Assembly (NCBI GenBank): GCA_050298055.1
Contig: JBNKTL010000049.1
Span: forward strand, 1 to 38,176
Direction: 5' to 3'
Source of the DNA: Spirochaetota bacterium
Lineage (GTDB): Bacteria > Spirochaetota > UBA4802 > UBA5550
Length of the DNA stretch: 38,176 nucleotides
Shown one piece after another: positions 17,002 to 27,119 of the stretch; the stretch's first letter is position 1, and every line of letters begins with the position of its first letter. The notes beneath the pieces are model-generated. The model worked only from the letters and a program-made list of their open reading frames with translations, did not search any database and was not told the origin of the DNA. The translations under genes were made by a program, and so were the position numbers.

Positions 17002-19110
17002 ATGAGCGGATACAGAATCGGAGAAGTCTATGATGCGGCTAAATCCATGAGATATATAACCGCGTATAAGGGGAACAAACAGGTGGCGAAATTCCATCCC
17101 AACCCGAAGAGCACTTTCAGTGCTTTTCGGATACTCTTTTCGCAACTCATTGATGATGAACGGGTTCTGGGGATCGGTGAGCATGCAATATCCGTATTTA
17201 ACATCGAGGAGAATGATTATAAATGCACCCAACTCTTCAATGAAGAGAGGGAGACCATAGATACCGTGGAATACCGGGAGGAGAGAAATGAACTCTTCGT
17301 TGCGCTAATAAACTATAACAGGCCTACCCGCCTGATAATATACAAGATTCCTGATCTGAAAATTAAGGAGGAATATAAACTGCCTCCCGCAATGAACCCC
17401 CTGTTTCTCCTGATTGATGAGGATGAGATCAGGGTCCACCTGGTGGAATATGAACCGAATGCAAAACCGGATGAAGAGAATCCCCGGGGTAAGATGCTTA
17501 CCATCAGCAGGAAAAACGGGAAAGTTGATGCCCATGAATTCCCCGGCCCCCTGGAAAGCATCTATTGTACCCCCCTTTTGAATTACTCAATATCGAGAGA
17601 TCTTCTGTTCAGAATTAATTATGATTTTCTTTCCAATGAGATAGAGGGGGATGCTGACAACTGCTTTACCGGTAAGATCGAAGTCTATGAACTCAGCTCA
17701 TTAAAGATCATGAATGAGGTACCGGTGTCCATATATGTCAGTGAAGAAAGGGCCAAGGATGCCGGCGGGAGATTCCATCTTTTTCTCAAAGACGTCCGGG
17801 TGTGCGAAAATGAAGATTATTTCTGGCTTATCTATGTGAGAGAGCCGGCCCATACCAGCGATGGTTTCTGCTGCAAAAAGATATCCCTTGACGGGAAGCG
17901 CCAGTCCCAGGATTTTTCCTATCCCCATAAAAATGACGGCAATATCTCCTTCGAGGATGACACGGTTGTTTTTTCTTACAAGGGAAAGGAGAAGAGATAT
18001 GACTTGAATAATAGAATTGATTTCAGTAAAAAAGAATTAGTTGATCTGGACTCTGAGACTCCGCCGGATCAATCATTTCTGGAAAAAATATCTGAATTGG
18101 AGGATGATATTACCGAATATCCCCGGGTAGAGCTGGGTTCTCTTCCCGAACAGGGGCTGGATGAAAAAACCGTACTCCAGGCGTTGGATGACCTGAATAA
18201 ACTGGTGAAGGAGAAGGAGGTGGATGACCTGCTGGTGTCGGATTCCCGCCTCTCTTTCCGCTTCACCCGCAAAGACAAATTTATCGATGAATTTACCTTC
18301 TGGGAAGAGGTGAGGAAATATCCATCGGCCTATACCCGGCTCTATAGCTTTCTGGAGAGACTGGTGGGTAAAATTATCAAGCACTGCGATAGTATCGGTG
18401 ATGATCTGTGGCTGGATGAAGAGACCCGGGCCTTAACCCCGGCTTTTTACGCGTTGCTTGATTTAAGCGCCGAGGGGATTCCCCTCTTTATGAAATACCT
18501 GGCCTCGGGGGTCATTTCCGATCACAGCTACGACTACCAGAATTGCGACACCATTATCCATGCCTTTGAGAAGTACCCCGCAACCCCGGCCACCGTGGAA
18601 TTGATGGCATTTATGCTTTTTTCCTATGAACAGGAGTTTGATGAACATCCCGATGCCCTTCAGGTAAAGATTATAAAAAGCCTGGCTGATAAGGAATTAA
18701 AAAAGGTCTTTGATAATACACTGAAAAGATTTATAGATGAACATCATGATCCCGATTTTGCCCGTGAACTGGTTGAGGAGATCAACGAGGCCCTTGATGA
18801 GAATAGAGAGCTCATCTCAAGGGAAGAACCGGGAAATGAAGAGGGTGTCTACCTGACATGTGAAGAGGGGAATTCACACAAATTCTGGCAGATCGTGGTA
18901 AATGATAATTCCCACAGGGTGAGATACGGACGTATTGGGTCTGACGGCCAGGAGAAGAGAAAGACCTTTGATTCGCCAGAGGAAGCCCAAAAGGATGCCG
19001 ATAAACTTATTGCTTCAAAGATCAGGAAGGGATATGAAAGGAGATATGTTGCTTTGTTAAACGGGGAAGGAGCAGGTGAGAGAGTATTTAATGATTCAGA
19101 TATGGATTAG
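17002..19110 (+). CDS. Large acidic protein with a C-terminal WGR domain
   Basis: 'SHKFWQIVV...VRYGRIGSDGQ...F.S.EEA.K.A.KLIASKIRKGY' WGR signature; AAGGAG SD. Confidence 0.85.
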   Translation: MSGYRIGEVYDAAKSMRYITAYKGNKQVAKFHPNPKSTFSAFRILFSQLIDDERVLGIGEHAISVFNIEENDYKCTQLFNEERETIDTVEYREERNELFVALINYNRPTRLIIYKIPDLKIKEEYKLPPAMNPLFLLIDEDEIRVHLVEYEPNAKPDEENPRGKMLTISRKNGKVDAHEFPGPLESIYCTPLLNYSISRDLLFRINYDFLSNEIEGDADNCFTGKIEVYELSSLKIMNEVPVSIYVSEERAKDAGGRFHLFLKDVRVCENEDYFWLIYVREPAHTSDGFCCKKISLDGKRQSQDFSYPHKNDGNISFEDDTVVFSYKGKEKRYDLNNRIDFSKKELVDLDSETPPDQSFLEKISELEDDITEYPRVELGSLPEQGLDEKTVLQALDDLNKLVKEKEVDDLLVSDSRLSFRFTRKDKFIDEFTFWEEVRKYPSAYTRLYSFLERLVGKIIKHCDSIGDDLWLDEETRALTPAFYALLDLSAEGIPLFMKYLASGVISDHSYDYQNCDTIIHAFEKYPATPATVELMAFMLFSYEQEFDEHPDALQVKIIKSLADKELKKVFDNTLKRFIDEHHDPDFARELVEEINEALDENRELISREEPGNEEGVYLTCEEGNSHKFWQIVVNDNSHRVRYGRIGSDGQEKRKTFDSPEEAQKDADKLIASKIRKGYERRYVALLNGEGAGERVFNDSDMD

Positions 19111-19115
19111 AGACA

Positions 19116-19198
19116 ATGCTGCAGGATCGGTGGAGCCCACAGGGGTCCGCTTTTTTAAGGCCACCCAATGGGGCAGTGACAGGATCTTTGAGAAGTAG
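19116..19198 (+). pseudogene. Internally deleted Imm11-like (A-type) gene remnant
   Basis: ATGCTGCAGGAT (the first 12 nt of A1) joined out of frame to SVEPTGVRFFKATQWGSDRIFEK*, which matches the A2 end SVEPKGVRFFKASEWNSDIIFEK*. Confidence 0.85.
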
Positions 19199-19210
19199 AA
19201 AGGAGAAGAT

Positions 19211-19786
19211 ATGTACTGGATACTGGCAAATGAACTTGTTGATGAAGATAAGGATGCCTTTTTAAGGGGAGAGACCGATTTTGAACTGGGGGGAGATGTC
19301 TCCTTTGAAGAGGGGGTATCCTGTTCCCGGAAAAAAATTCCTGATATCACGCTGACGCTCAGCAGTAAAAGCCGGCTCGGTAAGATGACCGATCGCCTTC
19401 TCATTACGGCCGCTTACGGGCTGGTCTTCTCCTCCCGTCTCAGGGAGTTGCTGGATGGCATGGGGGTAGACAATATCGAATACTACAATTTTGAGATCGT
19501 CAATCCCCGGAGCGGGAAAAAATACAGTGACTACAAGATAGCAAATGTTGTCGGTCTTGTTGACTGTGTGGACAAAGGTAAATCCGATCTTAAATATTTT
19601 GATGACGGGGAGATCAAGCGGATCAATAAACTGGTGATCGATGAATCAAGAATACCTTCCCAGATACGGATCTTCCGGCTGGCCAATAGACCCATCCTGA
19701 CCTTTGTTCACCGGAGTGTTAAGGAAGCCATTGAAGGAGCTGGTATTACCGGCTGTGTTTTCTACCGCCCCGGGGAGTATCGTTAG
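19211..19786 (+). CDS. Imm11/DUF1629-like immunity protein (copy B3, near-duplicate of B1)
   Basis: Same length (191 aa) and nearly identical to 15390-15965. Confidence 0.8.
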   Translation: MYWILANELVDEDKDAFLRGETDFELGGDVSFEEGVSCSRKKIPDITLTLSSKSRLGKMTDRLLITAAYGLVFSSRLRELLDGMGVDNIEYYNFEIVNPRSGKKYSDYKIANVVGLVDCVDKGKSDLKYFDDGEIKRINKLVIDESRIPSQIRIFRLANRPILTFVHRSVKEAIEGAGITGCVFYRPGEYR

Positions 19787-19789
19787 ATC

Positions 19790-20137
19790 ATGTTCTTTAT
19801 CCAGGGGGACATTACCGTTGAAACAGGCTTAAACCTTCAAATGATCTCAGCAGCAATCAGCCGTGCTCTGAATATCCCCGGGATGCGTATTGATGAAAGC
19901 GGGAGATATGAGGATGTTGTTGTCTATGTCTCTTCCTGTTTCGGCCTGGAGTTTGGCGTCGGCCGAATGGATGACGATCCCCCGGATACCTTCCACCTTT
20001 TTTTTAATTCGGATGCCGATGCCTTCGATTTTGACGGATCGGAGAAGGAGGTGGATGGGACGGAGTATGTTCTCCTCCTGCTGAAGGAGGCGGGGATCAA
20101 GGCCTCCCGGCGGGACCCGGAACTTCTCTATGGCTGA
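19790..20137 (+). CDS. Small acidic hypothetical protein (copy C2, near-duplicate of C1)
   Basis: Nearly identical to 15969-16319, with the same TAGATCATG junction. Confidence 0.75.
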   Translation: MFFIQGDITVETGLNLQMISAAISRALNIPGMRIDESGRYEDVVVYVSSCFGLEFGVGRMDDDPPDTFHLFFNSDADAFDFDGSEKEVDGTEYVLLLLKEAGIKASRRDPELLYG

Positions 20138-20190
20138 CAGGATTTCTATTGCTTCATAACCGCCGGGAATTGGTAGACTTTTCTCCGGTC

Positions 20191-23100
20191 TTATGCCCGG
20201 GAAAGTCTGATAAAAAAGGAGCTTCCTTTACCTTCTTCCGATTCAAGCCACAACTCACCTCCCAGCATCTCCACCGATTTTTTTACCGTAGCCAGCCCGA
20301 TGCCGGTACCGGGATAGTCATCGTTGCTGTGCAGCCGCTGGAAGATTTCAAAGATCTTTTCATGGTATTCAGGGGAAATGCCGATCCCGTTGTCACGTAC
20401 ACAGATTGTTACTGCTCTGTCTTCGGTTTCACAGGTGACATTTACCCATGGGGGGATATCCACCCGGCGATAGGTAAAGGCATTCTCCAGTAAATTGCTG
20501 AAAATCTGGGTGAGCAGGGTCCTGTCTCCCATGACCGCAGGCAGATTATTTGCAATTTCAAGTTTTCCGCCGATATCTTTGATCCGTCCGGCAAATTCTT
20601 CTGCCAGTGGTGTGAAAATATTGTCCAGGAGTACCGGTTTCAGGCGTATTCCCCTTCGTCCGAGACGGGAATAGACAAGCAGGTCACTGATAAGGTGTTC
20701 CATCCGTTCGCCGGAACGGACGATATCGTCCAGGTAATGCCGGGCTTCATCATTGAGGTTTTCCCTGTGGTAGCGGGTCAGGATCTCAGAAAAACCTGTG
20801 ATGGCCCGCAGGGGCGCCCGGAGGTCGTGTGATACGGAGTAGGTAAAGGATTCCAGTTCTTTGTTCGCGGCTTCCAGTTGGGCGGTGCGGTCACGTACCC
20901 GCTGTTCCAGTTCCCTGTTGAGGGTGCGGATCTCTTCCTCTACCCGTTTGAGTTCTGTAACATTACGGCCTTCGGGAATGAGCCGGACCACCCTGCCGCT
21001 GGAATCTATCACCGGTTTCAGTGAGAAATCGATGTAATGCAGGTTCCCGTTCAGATCGGGATGGGTCGCCTCGAAGCGGACGAGATTGCCCTTTGAGGCT
21101 TCTTCCACCGCCTCCCGCAGGCGCTGCTGTATTTCCGGGGAATGTGTCCACCAGGGTGTATCCCAGAAGGATTTACCCACCACAGTGTCTTCTTCAATCC
21201 CGGCAAACTGCAGGGCGGCATTGTTGACTTCCAGAAGAATGCCGTCTGTGGTTAACAGTCCGATGAACTGGAAGGTCTGCTGGAATATAGCATGGAATTT
21301 CTGTTCACTGGCGCGGAGGGCTTCGTGGATCCGGGCATTCTCCAGGGAGACCGCCGCCTGTGCCGCCAGCAGTTCCAGAGCCGTCAGCCGGTCCGGGGTG
21401 AAGACTCCGGCGGTCAGATTGTTTTCAAGGTAGAGGAGGCCCACTATCCGGGTCTGGCGTACTATGGGCAACCCTATGATGGAGCGTGGTTTATTACGCG
21501 CGATATACGTATCGTCAACAAAACGGTCCTCTGCTGCTGCGTCAGCCAGTACTAGAGTTTCACCGGTGTGCCTGACATAGTTGAGGAGAGACAGGGGCAG
21601 GGTTTCGGCTGATACCGGCAGTGACGGTAGAATCTCAACCTGTGTCTCGTCGCCGGTAATTTCAGCCCGGGCGTGGATGGTCAGGTTCTCGTCCTCAGAC
21701 AGCAGCAGGAATCCCCGCTGGGCGGCAGCATGTTCCAGCACCAGGCGCATCAGGGTCTCCTGGAGTGTGGACAGGAGAATCTCCCGGGATATTGCCTGGG
21801 AGGCTTTGATCACCGCGAGAAGGTCAAGCTGTTGGGTGCTGCCGGCAAAAGTTGTGCCTGGTGTGAGCGGCTGGCTGTCAAGCATGTGAGGATATTGCCG
21901 GTCAAGCTGCCGCACCTTCCCGTCAGCCCCCCAGCGGATGTAACAATCCCGTGCCTTGTGCAGATAGGCATCGGCAATGGTATCAAAGTTACGTGCCCGG
22001 TAGAACCTGGCTGCCAGTTCATCGGCCAGTGCTTCTCTCTGAAGAAAGCTGTTCTCACGGGCTGATTGAATAGCCTCCTCGTAGCATCTCATTGCTTCCA
22101 GGTCTCGACCCTCCAATCGTGCAATTTCAGCGGCTACCAGTGCGGCGCCATTCCTGAAATTGGCAGGGCAATTTTCGGACCAGTCTTCCAGTTGCCGGTA
22201 GTGTTCCATAATGGCTTCCCTGTATTGAGTCTGTACATCAGGTGAAACCGTGTTGTAAAGCCCGGCGAAGGCCAGTGCATTGTGAAGGTGATATTCGTTT
22301 CCCTCAATGATGGTTGCCTGTACCCAGAGCATTTGTTTTACTCTCTCAGCGGCCTCCAGTGCCGCCGGGTAGTTTCCCGCATATGAGAGGGCCTGTAGTT
22401 TGCGCATCCAGTACCAGAGTTTGGCTATGGATCGTTGCGGATCAGCATCCAGATAGGCTTCAAACTTCTTTTCAACAAATTCCGCATCATTAAATGAGCC
22501 AAATTCTGATGTAAGACCCATTAAGTTCCTTATCAATCTGAGTTGCCCGATATAGTTATCAACGACGAAATCGAACCCTGATTTATAGGAGAATTCACTC
22601 CCTTTTTCAACATCTGCCAGTATATCTGCCAGGTAATCGCCAACTTCCAGCTGAATTGAAGTTTTAACGTTCCAGGCATAAACCGCAAAAGCGATATCCC
22701 CGATTTCCTGTGCGGTAGCAAAGGTATTCCAGATCATCTCGCTGTATTTGTTCAGGTGGCGGGTCCAGGGACTGACGGCATATCCGAATACCTGGTAAAC
22801 CCGGGGCTCGTAGCGAACCAGCCCCCGTTTTTCTACCAGATCGCAGGCCAGCTTGGCGAAACGGTAGCCCAGTTCGTAGTTGCCGAAACGCAGCGCCAGG
22901 TTTGAATTTAGCCAGACATAACCCATACAGGAGCCGTCGCTGTTGCCATGCTTCATGCTCAGGTTGGCAATCCGGGCCACAATGAGAGAAAAAAGATTTT
23001 TATCTGAGAATTGAGCAGGAGGATAAAGCAGAGCCAGTACGTCGACAATTGCGCTTTGATCCGGTCCGGCCGAAGGCAGGTCGATCAGATCCTCAACCTG

Positions 23101-25698
23101 CCGGCGGCCAAGTTGCCGCAACAACTCTTCGTATTCATTCTGGATCTCATCATCAGAGGGATGCGGGGACCAGTCTATGTTCACCTGTCGGAGATAATTA
23201 AGTCCAGTTTCAACTGCGCGGTCGTTTAAGTTCAGGGCTGTATACACCTCTAGCAATCCGCTTGTCACCAGGCTGGCATCATGCAGGTTGTCGGTCCTGT
23301 CTGAGAGCCCTGAGAACCGTTCTTCTGCCTTTTCTATATTACCGGTCAGAAACTCGCATTCTGCCCGGTGGAATTCTATTGTGAAGACCAATTCGCGATG
23401 CCGCTCCCAGATATCTTCGAGCAACAGGTCACTGCCGGTAATAAGATATGTGAGCGCCGAGGTATAGGCGGTGGCAGCTTTAGCCCGCTTACCGGCAATG
23501 AGGTTGAGTTCGGCCAGCCGCTCACGCTCATCCGGCGCGGTAATCAGGGCCGCTCCGCGGTTCAGGTGGCCGACGATCTCAAAGATGTTTTCAACCAGCT
23601 GATCCTCCGGCGTGTGTGAGAGCAGGAGCCGCCCAATGTGCAGGTGCTGTATCGGGCGATTCTCCACCGGGAGAAGATCGTACGCGGCCTCCTGTACACG
23701 GTCGTGCAGAAACTTGTAACTGCCGTTCATTCGCCACATCAGCCCTTCGTCAATGGCTTCACACAGGGCGGAATGGAGTTCTTCTTCCGGCTGATTGCAG
23801 AGTAATGACAGTACACGAATCTTGGCAGTGTTTCCCAGACAGGCGGCTAACATGAGTACCTGTTGTGTTGAAGCCTTAAAGTGTTTCAGCTTATCCAGCA
23901 TCAACTGGACAACGTTGTCGGTAATATTCTGTTTCCGAATTTTCTGAAGTTCCCATTGCCAGTATTGATTCTGATGGTCATAGGTCAGCAAACCTTCCCG
24001 GTAGAGTGTGGTAAGAAAATGGATGGAAAAGAAGGGGTTTCCGGCCGTTTTATCATAAACCAGCCGTGCAAGAGGAGCCGTGATCTTCAGAGCCCGGTGC
24101 AGAGTGTCTGCCAGTAACTGCTTTTGATGTGTTAACGATAATGGCCCTAAAACCAACTCCTGCAAAACAATATCGTTCCGGCGCACTTCATTCAGGGTTT
24201 GCATCAGGGGATGAGAGGGGCTGACCTCGTTGTCACGGTAGGCACCTATCAGAAACAGCGATCCGGAATCCGGATGTGTTACCAGGTAAGTCATGAGTCT
24301 GAGGCTGGCCGGGTCGAGCCATTGTAAATCGTCTAAAAACAGCACCAGCGGATGTTCTTTTTGGGCAAAAACTCCCACAAAGTGGTGAAACAACAGGTGA
24401 AAACGGCGCTGCGCATCGGTTGGGGGCAATTCCGGCACCGGCGGCTGGGGGCCGATAATGAGTTCAAGCTGGGGAATGAGGTCAGTGATAAGACGGCCGT
24501 TGGCTCCCAGTGCCTCCTCCAATGCTTTTTTCCAGCTTTGAATCCTCTCGTCGCTTTCGGTGAGAATCTGTCGGAGCAGGTCGTGAAAGGCTTGTGTAAT
24601 GGTGGTGTAGGGGATATTGCGCTGATACTGGTCAAACTTACCGGCAATGAAATATCCCCTGGCCGCTACTACCGGCCGGTGCAGCTCCCGCACCAGCGAT
24701 GATTTACCGATGCCGGAATAGCCGGAAACGAGGGTGAAGCGGGACTGCCCCGTGGCGGCTATCTCCTCAAAGTTTTTCAGCAGCGCCGCCACTTCTTTTT
24801 CCCTGCCATAGAGCCTGGATGAAATCAAAAACCGGTCGGAAGCATCCTGTTTCCCCGGAGGGAAGAAGTTTATTTTTCCCCTGGCTGCCATCTGCTCCTG
24901 GCATCGTTCCAGGTCCCGCTGCAGACCGTAGGCGCTCTGGTAGCGCTCTTCGGCCTGCTTGGCCAGGAGTTTTTCCACGATAGCGGTCAGGGTACCGGGA
25001 ATGGCGGGTACGATCTCAGTGGGCGTCCTCGGTTGCCGGGCGATGTGGCAATGCACCCACTCCAGCGGGTCGATGGCCTGGAAGGGCAGCTCTCCGGTGA
25101 GCATACGGTAAAAAATAACGCCAAGGGAGTAGAGGTCGCTGCGGTGATCAACTCCCCGGTTCATGCGCCCGGTCTGTTCCGGTGACATGTAAGCCAGCGA
25201 GCCTTCGATGAGGTTCAGGTTTGGCGGTGTCGTGGGAGCATGCACCAGCCGGGCCGCAATACCGAAACCGGTGAGCTTTACTGTACCGGTCCGGGAGTGG
25301 ATCAGGATATTGTCCGGCTTGAGATCCTTATGCACAATTTCCAGCCGGTGAATATCAGCCAGGGCAGCAGCCAGTTGCCGGGCAATTTCCAGAAACCTGC
25401 CTGTCTCCAGGGGGCTCCCGAGCTGGCCTGATAACGGCTCGCCGTCAAAGTCTTCCAGGATCAGCCGCACCGGGGCCTTTTGCTGATCCAGTTCATAGGG
25501 TTTGAGGAGACAGGGGCTGTCAAGCCGTCGTGTGATCTCGTACTCATGACGCAGGCGTTCAATTTCCCGTGGGAGAGATGTTTTAGTGGAGAGGGCCTTG
25601 ATAATCACCGGAACATTGTCTGTCCGGCGTACTCCCCGGTACAGGGTCACGGGATGACTTTTAGAGAGGGTCTCCGTGATGGTATACAAGTCTGGCAT
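20191..25698 (-). CDS. Ser/Thr kinase-AAA ATPase-GAF-PAS-histidine kinase multidomain sensor
   Basis: HKDLKPDN kinase loop, GYSGIGKS P-loop, LFLDDLQW Walker B, GAF, PAS, 'VSHDLRAPL' H-box, GTGIGL G-box. Confidence 0.93.
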   Translation of the reverse strand: MPDLYTITETLSKSHPVTLYRGVRRTDNVPVIIKALSTKTSLPREIERLRHEYEITRRLDSPCLLKPYELDQQKAPVRLILEDFDGEPLSGQLGSPLETGRFLEIARQLAAALADIHRLEIVHKDLKPDNILIHSRTGTVKLTGFGIAARLVHAPTTPPNLNLIEGSLAYMSPEQTGRMNRGVDHRSDLYSLGVIFYRMLTGELPFQAIDPLEWVHCHIARQPRTPTEIVPAIPGTLTAIVEKLLAKQAEERYQSAYGLQRDLERCQEQMAARGKINFFPPGKQDASDRFLISSRLYGREKEVAALLKNFEEIAATGQSRFTLVSGYSGIGKSSLVRELHRPVVAARGYFIAGKFDQYQRNIPYTTITQAFHDLLRQILTESDERIQSWKKALEEALGANGRLITDLIPQLELIIGPQPPVPELPPTDAQRRFHLLFHHFVGVFAQKEHPLVLFLDDLQWLDPASLRLMTYLVTHPDSGSLFLIGAYRDNEVSPSHPLMQTLNEVRRNDIVLQELVLGPLSLTHQKQLLADTLHRALKITAPLARLVYDKTAGNPFFSIHFLTTLYREGLLTYDHQNQYWQWELQKIRKQNITDNVVQLMLDKLKHFKASTQQVLMLAACLGNTAKIRVLSLLCNQPEEELHSALCEAIDEGLMWRMNGSYKFLHDRVQEAAYDLLPVENRPIQHLHIGRLLLSHTPEDQLVENIFEIVGHLNRGAALITAPDERERLAELNLIAGKRAKAATAYTSALTYLITGSDLLLEDIWERHRELVFTIEFHRAECEFLTGNIEKAEERFSGLSDRTDNLHDASLVTSGLLEVYTALNLNDRAVETGLNYLRQVNIDWSPHPSDDEIQNEYEELLRQLGRRQVEDLIDLPSAGPDQSAIVDVLALLYPPAQFSDKNLFSLIVARIANLSMKHGNSDGSCMGYVWLNSNLALRFGNYELGYRFAKLACDLVEKRGLVRYEPRVYQVFGYAVSPWTRHLNKYSEMIWNTFATAQEIGDIAFAVYAWNVKTSIQLEVGDYLADILADVEKGSEFSYKSGFDFVVDNYIGQLRLIRNLMGLTSEFGSFNDAEFVEKKFEAYLDADPQRSIAKLWYWMRKLQALSYAGNYPAALEAAERVKQMLWVQATIIEGNEYHLHNALAFAGLYNTVSPDVQTQYREAIMEHYRQLEDWSENCPANFRNGAALVAAEIARLEGRDLEAMRCYEEAIQSARENSFLQREALADELAARFYRARNFDTIADAYLHKARDCYIRWGADGKVRQLDRQYPHMLDSQPLTPGTTFAGSTQQLDLLAVIKASQAISREILLSTLQETLMRLVLEHAAAQRGFLLLSEDENLTIHARAEITGDETQVEILPSLPVSAETLPLSLLNYVRHTGETLVLADAAAEDRFVDDTYIARNKPRSIIGLPIVRQTRIVGLLYLENNLTAGVFTPDRLTALELLAAQAAVSLENARIHEALRASEQKFHAIFQQTFQFIGLLTTDGILLEVNNAALQFAGIEEDTVVGKSFWDTPWWTHSPEIQQRLREAVEEASKGNLVRFEATHPDLNGNLHYIDFSLKPVIDSSGRVVRLIPEGRNVTELKRVEEEIRTLNRELEQRVRDRTAQLEAANKELESFTYSVSHDLRAPLRAITGFSEILTRYHRENLNDEARHYLDDIVRSGERMEHLISDLLVYSRLGRRGIRLKPVLLDNIFTPLAEEFAGRIKDIGGKLEIANNLPAVMGDRTLLTQIFSNLLENAFTYRRVDIPPWVNVTCETEDRAVTICVRDNGIGISPEYHEKIFEIFQRLHSNDDYPGTGIGLATVKKSVEMLGGELWLESEEGKGSSFFIRLSRA

Positions 25699-26220
25699 CA
25701 AGGTCCTTCCTTCGAGATTTTTTTCCGGCTGACCTGCGGCAGTTACAGGATACCATAAACACAGGCGGCCACATTTGTATCCCGGGTTGAAAATAATATC
25801 AGTAAATTAAGGCAGCGTCAATCCCTTTTAAAAGATTGCTATCTGTTGTATATTAAACTGCAGCAGGGAAAAGGTGTTTTTGATATACCGGACGGAAAAC
25901 CTGTTTTTACAGGAACAGGGCTTTCCGGTTTATTAAATAAAAGAGATCAGGTAAAGGCATTCTCCGGCAAATTGGTAATAATCTGGGGCCCGAGATCGTC
26001 AAACTTTTCTCTCAGGGGCAATTATTCAGGTTGCCTTGTCCGGACCGGCTGCTTTTTATGATTGACATCCGGGGATAATTATCTCATATAAAGATGCGAA
26101 TTCATAAACAGAATATGCAGAACATTTTTTGAAATATTCATTTCTTTTTGTAAAAAATCTTTTTTATCCGGAAGATGGAAAGACATCCGGAAAGTCAGGC
26201 CTGAAAAAAAGGAGATAAAC

Positions 26221-26598
26221 ATGCGAAGAATTATTATACCGGTTTTGGCCCTTGCCCTCATTATGAGTATCACAAATCTTTCACAGGGGGTAAATTATAA
26301 TCTTACAAAAAAAAACTCCCCCGCCGTTAAAAAAAAATCTACGGTGGGAAATATTACCTTTAAATATACACGGCTCATCATAACCAACTATACGAAAAAA
26401 ACAGCTGTTGTTACGGTAAATTGTTTTAAAAACGGGTTCCACCTGGCAAAAAAGATAATGATCCTCTACAAGCAAAAGGGGACGGTTGATGTGGACAACG
26501 GATCAGACGTTAATTTAAAATATTATTCCAATGGCAAATGGAAAACCAGAATCGTAAAGGCACAGGGGAAGAGCACTGGGGTGACTTTAAGGCCCTAG
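26221..26598 (+). CDS. Hypothetical secreted basic protein
   Basis: AAGGAG SD; signal peptide MRRIIIPVLALALIMS. Confidence 0.65.
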   Translation: MRRIIIPVLALALIMSITNLSQGVNYNLTKKNSPAVKKKSTVGNITFKYTRLIITNYTKKTAVVTVNCFKNGFHLAKKIMILYKQKGTVDVDNGSDVNLKYYSNGKWKTRIVKAQGKSTGVTLRP

Positions 26599-26615
26599 AG
26601 GGAGGAAGAAAGATC

Positions 26616-27119
26616 ATGAAAAGACAATTAACTCTCATAGTCACGGTCTGTATTTTGTCGTTTGCAGGCTTGGCCCTTTTTTCCCAGTATGCCCGGGACT
26701 TCCCGGTGAAAGACCGGTCCGGCAGGACACTGCATCTCAGTGAATACCTGGAAAATAACCTGAAAAAAAATGAGGAGCTTTTGCTCTATTTCATGGATGC
26801 AAACTGTGGAACCTGTGATAAGGAGATACGGGAATTTATTAAACGGGTAAAGTCTTTAAACAGGAAGAAGGAAAATAAATATCATCTCTGGATAGTCTCC
26901 GTAGGGGAAAAGAGCGGGGCCGGGGAGGAAAGGGGAAAGAAATATTCCCCGGACCCGAACTACCATTTCCTTTCTGATACCGCGGGCCGGAGCCGTAAAG
27001 GGTTTCAATGGAAAAAGCTCCCACTTCTCGTGAATCTTTCACCCTCGGGAGCCATTGGATTCTATCAGGAAGATTTTCACCGGGATATGTTCGGGAAGTT
27101 CCTTGCACTGTATGAATGA
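26616..27119 (+). CDS. Exported thioredoxin-fold (redoxin/TlpA-like) protein
   Basis: Signal/TM segment, 'YFMDANCGTC' CxxC, 'LP.LV' cis-Pro region; GGAGG SD. Confidence 0.75.
   Translation: MKRQLTLIVTVCILSFAGLALFSQYARDFPVKDRSGRTLHLSEYLENNLKKNEELLLYFMDANCGTCDKEIREFIKRVKSLNRKKENKYHLWIVSVGEKSGAGEERGKKYSPDPNYHFLSDTAGRSRKGFQWKKLPLLVNLSPSGAIGFYQEDFHRDMFGKFLALYE

Noticed and set aside
25885..26060. Structured RNA or riboswitch in the divergent intergenic region
   Set aside because: Only imperfect hairpins are visible, with no recognisable family motif.
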